Positions 1 to 10,810 of a stretch of 55,488 bases of DNA are shown here, one piece after another. Source of the DNA: Nemertoderma westbladi (lineage: Eukaryota; Animalia; Xenacoelomorpha); NCBI GenBank assembly GCA_032718475.1, contig JAUCBJ010008866.1:1-55488 (forward strand), read 5' to 3'. Under the pieces are notes generated by a model. The model did not search any database, was not told the DNA's origin, and was given only the letters and a program-made list of their open reading frames with translations. Within the stretch, counting starts at the first letter, position 1, and each line of letters begins with the position of its first letter. The position numbers and the translations under genes are program-made.

Positions 1-2291
1 TATTTCACTATAAGATAGCATTTGTAGTTTAACTTTAACGTAAAAACTTTCGAAAATCCGACGTATTTTGATTGAGTTACAGTAATGTAATATGCCTATT
101 CATATTTGTACACATAAAACCCTTAGGTACTCTCGTGGCGTAGTGGTCAGATGGTTAAGGCGTTGGTTACATTACATAGGTTACGAGTTCGAATCCCGGT
201 CGGGAAATTTGTATTTTGGGGCCATTTATTTTCGTTTGGTGCTAATTGGTAGGCCAATGAGAAGCGTACAACGTAGCGAATGATGAGCCAGGCCAATCAT
301 AGGGCATAAATTATCTTATTGCTCAAATGTGAGGCAGTGGAAAATTCTGTTAGGATTCCATGTCCCAGATTAGTGTAAGGGCCGGACTGCGTTGAACGAT
401 GAGCTGGGCCAATCATAGGGCACGAAGCACTTTATTGCTCAATTGTGAAGCTGTGGAAAATTCTGTTTAGTTTCCATGTGCAATTTCTAGTATAAAAAGG
501 CCGGTTTGCCTTCGGTTATCCCCTTATATGTTACCTACTCTTACCACACCCCTTAACCCAGATTAGTATTAGTTAAATTGTTGATTAGTTTATTCGGTTT
601 CTTGTTGAAACTTCGTTTTGATAAATCCTTTGTAAAACTGTAAATATACTGCAAATTCCTGACATGTTTTCTTTTGGTCCAACTTTGGGACAGCCGAACA
701 TCAGGGAGATGGCAGCCTAGACCGTTAGGCCGTAAGCAACGCAAGGAAGGGATGTCCACAACACGCTAGCGCCCACATTGGATTGACCGCGCACCCCCTT
801 TGCCCCTTCGAAATGCTCAACTTGCTATGCAGCGCCCGCTTTGTGAGAAAGGTAAGACTTTGTTCGACGCCCTTGCCCGCCGTAAGACCTATAGATCAGG
901 GTAAGCGTGACACCGTACTGGACGCCGCAAATTTAGGATCAAATAATTATATCCAGACAAACCCCCCCCCCCCTTTGTCAAGTCCTACGAATCCCTGGGT
1001 TAACCTGTACTTCCTACAGGTGCGAACTATTGCCATTCGTCAGTACGCGAGTACATATTAGGTACGGACAGCATATGTTCCATAATTTAGTGAGTCGTAG
1101 CACTGACTGTTTGGTACCGGTTCGCTTTGTAGAACGTACATTAGTACCCCCCCCCCCCCCCCCCCCCCCCCTGTCTGGAGTTAGCTATTTGATCAGGCAA
1201 GGAGCATTTCTGCTACCGGCACACTGCTTGGCCTAGGGAGGTTTATTAATATCCTACCGCGCCTTGCCACGTACTGATAGGTATTGCTGCTAACTACCGC
1301 AGCAACAAAGTTCTAGAATTAAATTAGTATACCAGATCAGCTAACGTATGGTAGCGATTAACCCCTATTCTTATCTTACAACCAGAATCTGGTATTAGTG
1401 CCGATCACGGGTGTAGTTACTAACACTGTGGTTGCCCTTTGGGTTGTGGATAGGAAGGAGAGAGCTTTGACGTCATTCGTGAGTATAAAGTTCTACAAAA
1501 CGCGACTAGTTTATTTTAGTAGCTAGCGCACGGTATCATTTTAGTCAGAAAATCGCTAAAACCTAGTAAAAGGAATTACACGAAATTGTTTTATTTGTAA
1601 CACACCCACACACACACGCCCTAAAACATATTGCCCTTAAAGTTCTACTAGCTACAGCGCACTATACATTACTTTAGGTGGAAATTATCTGTATTTGTAA
1701 AATTAGGATCTGATTTAGTTGCGGCAATAAGGAGTATTTCACTTTCGTTATTAAACTGTTGATTTCTGTCCAGCAGTTATTGTTACATTTAGGCCTGACC
1801 CTTTAGACTGATTTCGTACAGGGGGATCAGTTATTGTTACATTTAGGCACGACCTTTAGGCTGATTTCGACAGGGATAATCAGCATTGTTACACTAGGTC
1901 TGTTAACCACCTAGCTCGTATATAAACCATATAAATCACACCGCGGCAAGTTACTGTATTTAGGACTGTCAGTGATAGTTAGGATTCGCTGCGCGGGGAT
2001 TGTTTTCCCGTGAGTTTGGTCTGTTACTGTAACTGTACATCTGCCTCACCGGTTAGAGGACAGGTATCCTTTTGTCTAGTACGTAGGCATTAGACCCGCT
2101 CACGTACATAGAATAGATACTAGGCTCTGTTCCTCGCCAGTAGTCGTTTGTGTACTGTATCTGTTTGTTTAGATATCCTGGACTGGGATTTGTTGTCAGA
2201 TACTGTACGAGCCCGTATACATTACTAGAGTCTCATAGTAAGATACATCGTTACTAGGATCTGGTAAGCGGTATACTACTGGACCCTTACA
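1..2291. mobile_element. Probable LTR-type element inserted in the intron of ZNF copy 1; extends past the left edge
   Basis: Reverse-complement homology to the copy-2 intron (27560-27609, aaatgcttt|acagg) stops at 2292. The inserted DNA ends in CCCTTACA (TGT start on the minus strand). It contains CCAAT boxes, a TATAAAA, and internal direct repeats (283-365/400-480; 1772-1890). No coding domain recognised. Confidence 0.4.
131..204 (+). other. tRNA-like / Pol III promoter relic (tRNA-derived SINE head or tRNA pseudogene)
   Basis: A-box-like TGGCGTAGTGG (136-146) and B-box GTTCGAATCC (187-196) at tRNA-like spacing; a full cloverleaf is not convincing. Confidence 0.45.
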
Positions 2292-2462
2292 AAAGCATTT
2301 AAAAATTTGTAGAAATATAGCATTTCTTGTACCATTGATATGAATAATATTCTACATAAATACTAAATAGGTGTATATATTTATATACTATTGTAATTTT
2401 TAACAATAGTATGCGGTCATCTTACATTTTTTAAAAACACCACAAAAATCTCACTTCAGCGC

Positions 2463-3044
2463 CAGGCCCGTAGCCAGTATAAGGCGAAGGTATTGTAAGA
2501 AATTTTTCTCCATTAGTATAATTTTACATTTTTACACAACCATTTTCTGGTTCCATGCGCGCCTTCTTTAAACATTAGCCTTGTAGTAATCAAACACCGG
2601 TACATATTACACTTATATTGTAAGTTACTTTCATTTTAATAAAACCTTCCGTAGGCCAATACGGTTACTACTACTACAGTCCAGTAGGGCCTACTCCACC
2701 CTTACAGTCATCGAACAATGGTCGTATAAGGTACGCAGCAAACTTCGCCCGCGTCCAATCTTCACCCGCAGCAATCTTCGCCCACTAAACAATGATTGTT
2801 TTGGTGAGAAAAAGCCGTCTCTGTAACCTGCTGCTTTCCTTCAATTTGTACTAACATCGTTTATTGTTTTGGTTAGAAAAAGCCTGATGGCGGACTCCAT
2901 GTAGTGTAGACCCTACTGTAGTTTTGCTTTATACCTACTGTATACAATTAAATCTATTATAAAATGTATCCAATAACATTTTTGCGCCTGCCTACCCTGA
3001 TATTCCCTCGCCTACCCAACTAAAAAATCCTGGCTACGGGCCTG
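2463..3044. mobile_element. hAT-like MITE in the copy-1 intron
   Basis: 15-bp TIR CAGGCCCGTAGCCAG / CTGGCTACGGGCCTG; imperfect ~8-bp TSD cttcagc(g)c / cttcagcc; absent at the corresponding copy-2 site (~27430). Confidence 0.7.
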
Positions 3045-3929
3045 CTTCAGCCCAACCACATATTAAACTGGGAAAGAAACAAATTTCATACATTTATAAA
3101 ATAGTTTCAAATATTCCCACTTCACTTCACCCCACCTCATGGGGTGAAGTGGGACAAAATAAAACAAAAAAAAAACAATATAGATTTTGGGAAACTGCAG
3201 TAAATTCAAGCCTAATATAATAATAATAATTTATTTATAACGCGCCTTTTAAGGGCAATAAATCAAGGCGCAGGTACGCGAACACAATTAGTTAATTACT
3301 ACATAATGACATAATATAATGTATTTGAGTGTCATATTTCTCATTACAAAACCTTGACTGTCAGTTATCTAGACATTTTAATAAAAATTGACTTTTGTAC
3401 AAAATTTTGATAAATATTTCCCACTTCACCCCAGTAGACGGTAATTAATACAAGACAATTAATGTTAATGTAGTTTTTTCGATTCGAAATTGTACATTAA
3501 TACATGTTAGGTTTGATCATGAAATCGACCAAATGTTGAGACTTTGGTAGAAAAGTTCAAGGGGTCTTAGAAAATATTGAAAATTTAGGCCTACTTACTT
3601 AACATACAGTATAGGCGTACAGGTACAGTAGTATCTACGGCTACCGGTGGTATACTCGGTACACGCAAACGGTTTTGTTTTCTTTCACTTTCAAATCTCA
3701 ATTATTATGAGAATAAACGTTTATTTACTCATAATAAAAAATGTACTAAATTTTAAAAATTTGTAAATTTAAAAATTAATTTAAATTTAAAATTTTAAAA
3801 AGAAAAACTTAATAGTCGGGGTGTCTGGAATAAGAGAATTGTGGGTGGATTTTTTTTTCAAAAAATAATAGCCGTGTCGCCCCGTCTATTCGGGACTCCT
3901 GAGTAATCGCAATAACTTGTGCGACGCAG

Positions 3930-5577
3930 AATGAATTCCCTTGTATTTGTATTTCTTCATCTGGATAATAGAGCCCAGCCATTTCTCAGACACAGAATGG
4001 AATCTCCTGTATTTGTATTTCTTCATCTGGATAATAGAGTCCAGCCATTTCTCTGACACAGAATGGAATTCCTTGTATTTGTATTTCTTCATCTGGATAA
4101 TAGAGTCCAGCCATTTCTCAGACACAGAATGGAATCCCTTGTATTTGTATTTCTTCATCTGGATAATAGAGTCCAGCCATTTCTCTGACACAGAATGGAA
4201 TCCCTTGTATTTGTATTTCTTCATCTGGATAATAGAGTCCAGCCATTTCTCTGACACAGAATGGAATCCCCTGTATTTGTATTTCTTCATCTGGATAATA
4301 GAGTCCAGCCATTTCTCTGACACAGAATGGAATCCCTTGTATTTGTATTTCTTCATCTGGATAATAGAGTCCAGCCATTTCTCTGACACAGAATGGAATC
4401 CCTTCTATTTGTATTTCTTCATCTGGATAATAGAGTCCAGCCATTTCTCTGACACAGAATGGAATCCCTTGTATTTGTATTTCTTCATCTGGATAATAGA
4501 GTCCAGCCATTTCTCTGACACAGAATGGAATCCCTTGTATTTGTATTTCTTCATCTGGATAATAGAGTGCAGCCATTTCACTGACACAGAATGGAATCCC
4601 TTGTATTTGTATTTGTTCATCTGGATAATAGAGTCCAGCCATTTCTCTGACACAGAATGAAATTCCTTGTATTTGTATTTCTTCATCTGGATAATAGAGT
4701 CCAGCCATTTCTCTGACACAGAATGGAATCCCTTGTATTTGTATTTCTTCATCTGGATAATAGAGTCCAGCTATTTCTCTGACACAGAATGGAATCCCTT
4801 GTATTTGTATTTCTTCATCTGGATAATAGAGTCCAGCCATTTCTCTGACATAGAATGGAATCCCTTGTATTTGTATTTCTTCATCTGGATAATAGAGTCC
4901 AGCCATTTCTCTGACACAGAATGGAATCCCTTGTATTTGTATTTCTTCATCTGGATAATAGAGTCCAGCTATTTCTCTGACACAGAATGGAATCCCTTGT
5001 ATTTGTATTTCTTCATCTGGATAATAGAGTCCAGCCATTTCTCTGACACAGAATGGAATCCCTTGTATTTGTATTTCTTCATCTGGATAATAGAGTCCAG
5101 CCATTTCTCTGACACAGAATGGAATCCCTTGTATTTGTATTTCTTCGTCTGGATAATAGAGTCCAGCCATTTCACTGACACAGAATGGAATCCCTTGTAT
5201 TTGTATTTCTTCATCTGGATAATAGAGTGCAGCCATTTCACTGACACAGAATGGAATCCCTTGTATTTGTATTTCTTCATCTGGATAATAGAGTCCAGCC
5301 ATTTCACTGACACAGAATGGAATCCCTTGTATTTGTATTTCTTCATCTGGATAATAGAGTCCAGCCATTTCTCTGACACAGAATGGAATCCCTTGTATTT
5401 GTATTTCTTCATATGGATAATAGAGTCCAGCCATTTCTCTGACACAGAATGGAATCCCTTGTATTTGTATTTCTTCATCTGGATAATAGAGTCCAGCCAT
5501 TTCTCTGACACAGAATGGAATCCCTTGTATTTGTATTTCTTCATTCTGAATAATAGAGTCCAGCCATTTCTCAGACA
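3930..5577 (-). repeat. 66-bp intronic minisatellite, about 25 units (ZNF copy 1)
   Basis: Near-identical head-to-tail units ccagccatttctctgacacagaatggaatcccttgtatttgtatttcttcatctggataatagagt; no spacers. Confidence 0.97.
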
Positions 5578-5659
5578 AAGCTAAAAATGGGATGTCTCTA
5601 TTCTGGAGTATTGTTTGCAATTCGCCGAGTTTGCGAAATAGGCTTCGTATATTATAATT
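5520..5659 (-). pseudogene. Fragment of LINE ORF2 apurinic-like endonuclease N-terminus (seed of the 66-bp repeat)
   Basis: Minus strand reads NYNIRSLFRKLGELQTILQNRDIPFLALSEKWLDSIIQNEEIQIQG. This fits the N-x-RSL..K..EL....D....SETWL....D.EI.I.GY pattern of CR1/L2-clade endonucleases. Confidence 0.8.
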
Positions 5660-5839
5660 GTTATTTGGTGAGAAAGGCTTCAGGCTAGATTGAATTTAAT
5701 TAAACCAGATAAAAACCTTAAAGAACAAAAACTAAATTCAGAACTATCATAACTGTCACTATAAATAAACAATTACTCTGACCAGATTGGGGGCAATACG
5801 GACTAAACGATGTTTACAATACAAATCATAGTAACTCAC

Positions 5840-6833
5840 CGATACTGGAAACTGTCGATTTAGAGGCCAACAGGAGGTTGTAGGTGTTGGGAAGGTTTAA
5901 GAAGTCGTCTCGAGACTGAGTAGTGAGGGTTGGTGAAGAGTTAGTGTCTGTTAGGGGACCATGAGCGGTGTTGGGAGACAGGGAGTTAGAGTCCGGGATG
6001 AGATTCTGCTGAGCTGAGTGGGTGGTCGAAGCATTAGTGTCTGTACTGTTTCCATATTCTACATCTATAGGGGAGAATAAATCGCCCAAGCCATCACCAA
6101 CCTCGTTTAGGTCGGGTTTATATTCCAGTTTGTCTTCCGTCTTTATGCGTAGGATTACCTGAACATCTGACTGGTCTGCTGATAGAGGTTGGGTAGAATA
6201 ATGGTTTAGGTTGGTTGTGGTTACTGCGGGGGTATAGGAGGATATGTTGTTATAAGGTAATAAAGTTGAACTGGCTGTATTATTACTTGATTCAGATTCA
6301 ATGAGGTTTGGTTTGGTGTATATCGGACTCAGTTTGGGATCCATTTGTCTCTGTTCTCCCTGTAGGTCTGTCTGGTGGAGATGTTGTAACCTCACCACAG
6401 GCTGCATAGAGGAGAGTTCGGTAGGTGGCGTGCGTTGATTCGAGTATCGAAATTGCGGATGCTTTCCTGTAGCAGGATAGTCATTGTAGAGGTACGTAGG
6501 TGTCGACGCCGATGTCGTTAATGGACCCTGTGGCATACTAGTCTCGCGGTACCCGGCAGTCCGGACAGTGGCCTGTGATTTGTTCGTGTTATCCGGGGTG
6601 GTGGCAGCGTTGCTAGACCCAGATGAGAGTGAACGCAGCAGCCACTCAGTAATATGACCTGCCGTACATTTATTAACAACATAATAGTCCAGAAAACTCG
6701 AGTTCGCGTCCAGGTACTCTTCGAGAAACGTCCTCACAAACGAATCATTTTTCGAACAGATGTTCGCGAACATAGATTTGGTAATTAGTAGGGCTCGATC
6801 GGAGCTCCGGCCTCCGGCTCCGGCTCCGGCCAT
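5840..6833 (-). CDS. Exon 1 of C2H2 ZNF paralogue copy 1; native start replaced by MITE sequence; finger exon not in window
   Basis: Clearly homologous to the ORFs at 20159 and 37708. GTGAGT donor at 5839-5834 in the same position. Residues upstream of LITKS come from the MITE starting at 6789. Functional status uncertain. Confidence 0.7.
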
Positions 6834-7601
6834 TTTGGCACCTCCGGCTCCTGCTCCGGTAAAAATATTGCCGGAGTTAATTTTTTAATAAAGTATTATA
6901 TTTCGTGAATATTCTAATCTGAACAATTATTTACACTATAAATAGCCTACTGTAGTACAGCTTCAATATCAAGCATATAATACTGCAGTATTTACCAGTA
7001 CTTAGTCAATGACTGTGGACTGACTGACTGTACTGCAGTACTGCTGTACTGGTACTGGCCAGCTGGCTGACTACTGGACTGTTACAGATAGGCCCTACTG
7101 TAAAAAATTTTTGTAAATGCTATGATAGTACACTCTACCACTGCAGCCCTTTACTGACTGTCATGCCAGCATAATGTACTGCAGTACTGGTACACGTACG
7201 GTACAGTGGTAGGCTACCTACAGTCAGACAGTACACACCTCTACCACAGTTAGACAGTTCGTGAGTTAGGTCTGTACGTACTGACGTACTGTAGGTAATT
7301 TTTAGCCGTCAGCGTCAGGCCGTCTGTCCGTGATAAATTAATTACTTAAATTTTAAATTGAAAATTCGTAAATCTATAAATTATGAAATTAATTAGACCT
7401 ACAGTACGTACAGCAGTATGATTGATTATGATGACAGTATGAGCGATTGGCGAACGATAACCATACTTTATTTTTTTTAAATAAATCATTAAATTTTTAA
7501 AATTTTTGAAAAACTCCGGCTCCTGCTCCGGCTCCGGCCAAATTGTCCAACTCCGGCTCCTGCTCCGGCTCCGGCCAAATCTCAACTCCGATCGAGCCCT
7601 A
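6789..7601. mobile_element. hAT-like MITE (family A, copy 1)
   Basis: 16-bp perfect TIR TAGGGCTCGATCGGAG / CTCCGATCGAGCCCTA; subterminal (CTCCGG)n motifs; four copies in the window. Confidence 0.85.
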
Positions 7602-7602
7602 G

Positions 7603-8422
7603 TAGGGCTCGATCGGAGCTCCGGCCTCCGGCTCCGGCTCCGGCCATTTTGGCACCTCCGGCTCCTGCTCCGGCTCCGGTAAAAATATTGCCGGAGTTAA
7701 TTTTTTAATAAAGTATTATATTTCGTGCATATTCTTTCTAATCTGAACAATTATTTACACTATAAGTACTGAAGTAAGTACTGTAGTACAGCTTCAATAT
7801 CAAGCATAATCTGATAATACCGGTTGCCGGTACTGCAGTATTTACTTAAAGTCAATGACTGACTGACTGTACTGCAGTACTGGTACTGGCCAGCTGGCTG
7901 ACTAGCAGACTATTACAGTATTACAGATAGGCCCTACTGTAAAAAATTGTAAATGCAGAAATGCTATGGTATGACAGGTTGAATGTACACTGTAGCTGTA
8001 CCACTGTAGCCATTTACTGCTGTCATGCCATACCAGCATACTGTACTGCAGTACTGGTACACGTACGATAGGGCGGGTAGGCTACCTACAGTACACACCT
8101 CTACCACAGTTAGTGAGTTAGGTACTGTAGGTAATTTTTAGCCGTCAGCGTCAGCATCAGGCCGTCTGTCCGTGATAAATTAATTACTTAAATTTTAAAT
8201 TGAAAATTCGTAAATCTATAAATTATGAAATTAATTAGACCTACAGTATGATTGATTTATGAGCGATTAGCGAACGATAACCATACTTTATTTTTTTTTA
8301 AATAAATAATTAAATTTTTAAAATTTTTTAAAAACTCCGGCTCCTGCTCCGGCTCCGGCCAAATTGTCCAACTCCGGCTCCTGCTCCGGCTCCGGCCAAA
8401 TCCCAACTCCGATCGAGCCCTA
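7603..8422. mobile_element. hAT-like MITE (family A, copy 2), tandem to copy 1
   Basis: Same TIRs and body as 6789-7601; separated from it by 1 bp. Confidence 0.85.
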
Positions 8423-8432
8423 CTGTACTGTA

Positions 8433-8847
8433 CAGTCAGGAACACTGGTCACAATATGTCCAATTTACAGCCAGAATGTGTCCGCGGAAAACGCTCTCAG
8501 AGTGAAATTTCTCCATAGAAAACAATGCTAAATTTCATTTGAAAACCGGCAGTGAAATTTTAACATTGGCATTCTAAAAATTATGCCATTAGAATCGTCA
8601 TAAAATTCTGTATAAATTAATTTGAGAATTAGAATCTCATCGTTGGGATAACTTATCATAATATTAAAAATGAAAATATGCCCAGCTTCTGCTTTGAGTA
8701 CTATTGGAGTTACAGCCAAAATATGTCCGGAAATATAATCGCAGCCTGTGAAGGACAAATAGTGGCTGCACGGACACTTTCTGGCTGTAAATATGTGGAC
8801 AATTTTTGGCTGAGCTTCAGCCAGAAAGTGACCAGTGTTCCTAACTG
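8433..8847. mobile_element. MITE with CAGTCAGG termini and 5-bp TSD
   Basis: TIR CAGTCAGGAACACTGGTCAC / GTGACCAGTGTTCCTAACTG; CTGTA on both flanks (8428-8432, 8848-8852). Confidence 0.75.
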
Positions 8848-10810
8848 CTGTATGTTTACAAAAAGGAAAATATTTTAATATGTTACTGAACTGAAAATAC
8901 GATGGGCAGAGAATATACGTAGTTGCACGGGGTATCTAAAACATTGAGTAAAAATGATTTGTCGTCGAGGATAGCCCCATGAGACTGCGTCTCGTTTCCA
9001 TGGGGGTCCTCGCTATGTGATGAAAATCTTATTGTTGTAATAAGTCCTTGAGTAAGATAAAAAATAAATTAATATAAGTAGTTAGTATTAGTATGTCTGT
9101 CTGTTTTTGACTGCTAATTAACATTTTAAAAATATGTTTTTTCAGATAAAAATAAATAATAAATACAGTAGATCTCAGTAGATACAGTAGATGATAAATT
9201 AAAGAGGAATATCACACAAATACAAATATAATACATACATACAATAATAATACATACATGAATATAATACATACAATACAAATATAATAATTATTTAGGC
9301 CTACACTAGTATCAAACAGTAGAAACCGAGCATTTAGAGAGAAATAAAAATATTGAAATGGCAGTGGCAGTGGCATAAAAAATAAAAAAAATGAAATAAA
9401 ATACAAACAGCTACATAGAAAGAGTAATATATTATGGTATTGAGGTTTTTTAGAACAACACAATAAAAATGTATTTACTTACTGCAGTATTTCTACGTAT
9501 CTACGATTGATATTGCTGTATTGAACGTATCTACACTGCAGTATTTACTTAAAGTCAATGACTGACTGACTGTACTGCAGTACTGGTACTGGCCAGTTCT
9601 GCAGTTGGCTGACTAGCAGACTGTTACAGATAGGCCCTACTTTAAAAAATTGTAAATGCTATGGATTGTACACTGTCAGACTGTACCACTCAGCCACTGC
9701 AGCCAATTACTGCTGTCATGCCAGCATACTGTACTGCAGTTGCAGTACTGGTACACCTACGGTAGGCTACCTACAGTACACACCTCTACCACAGTTAGAC
9801 AGTTCGTGAGCAAGGCCTACTAGAGAAACAGGCCTGGAATCCGAGATCAAGCCAATTCTATTGAAGGCCTAATAATCCAATGTGTGTGTGTGTGTGTCCG
9901 GCATCCGGAGCTCTACAGCTCTACAGCCCGCATTTCTAAACCAATCTGATCGAGTAAGGCAGCAGTAAGGTATCAAACGAAGCGGAATTGTCATACGATG
10001 CTCACCGCCCAAAAATATTTTGGTATTCTAGAACATTATTTAGCTATTAATAGCTGTTATTGTAAATTGCAATTTTTCATGTGTAAACCATAGGCTATTA
10101 TATACTACTACTTCTACTTGGGACTACGTTAGGAGGACAAGCTGGCCGCCGCTAGCGCTATTCTAGAACATAGATAAATAAAGGTAATAGGATTTATTAA
10201 TAATATTAATATAATAATAATAAACTGGAATATAATTTTTTTGATGAAATGGATGAACCCACTGCAAAAATCGGTCGGTCTGCATGTTAGTAATTGATGT
10301 CCTGTTGTAATTTCACAATTAAGTAATATAATAATAATATGTACTGCTTAAGAATTACACTCAAGAGTTAAAAAAATATTAAATATAGTTATAGTATAGG
10401 TTTATAGCATCCACTTCATTGTCGGTCAACGTGATGTCAACACACGAGGAACACTTTTGCTTCCCAAGTTCACTTGAACATTCAACCTCCAGTTCTGTGT
10501 ATAGTTTCGCTCGATCAATGCGGTGGGTAAAGAAAACTTCGGCTACGCTTATATGGTAATTTCCCCCAGCAGATTGGCGAAAGTGCCCAAATTAATTAAA
10601 ATTATAATTAATTAAAATAAATTTAAATAAATTAATTTATTAATTAAATTAATTAAATAAATTAATTTTATCGTTGGCAAGGAAATCCGACATCTCGTCA
10701 ATATCCGGAAAGAACTTGCGCGCGTCGTTGAGCGTGGAGGGGCTGGAGGCGTTGGGATGGAGAGCAGAGGAACATTTGGGAATACCGACGGCGGTTCCAC
10801 CGGCACTGGG

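Noticed and set aside
131-204. Functional tRNA gene
   Set aside because: Acceptor and anticodon stems do not pair convincingly; kept only as a tRNA-like relic.
374-2291. Solo LTR bounded by TGTAAGGG...CCCTTACA
   Set aside because: No matching TSD (attag vs aaagc), and host intron sequence does not resume left of 374.
3930-5577. CRISPR-like array
   Set aside because: Units are contiguous and near-identical with no unique spacers, there are no cas genes, and the context is eukaryotic.
3886-5620. Long repeat-protein ORFs (DEEIQIQGIPFCVREMAGLYYP and similar; also 21500-25533)
   Set aside because: By-product of a 66-bp (3n) unit lacking stops in three frames. The arrays are intronic and frames break at random in copy 2.
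7346-8445. Small SR/PEPE-rich ORFs (also 14151-14351)
   Set aside because: Translations of the (CTCCGG)n subterminal repeats of MITE family A.
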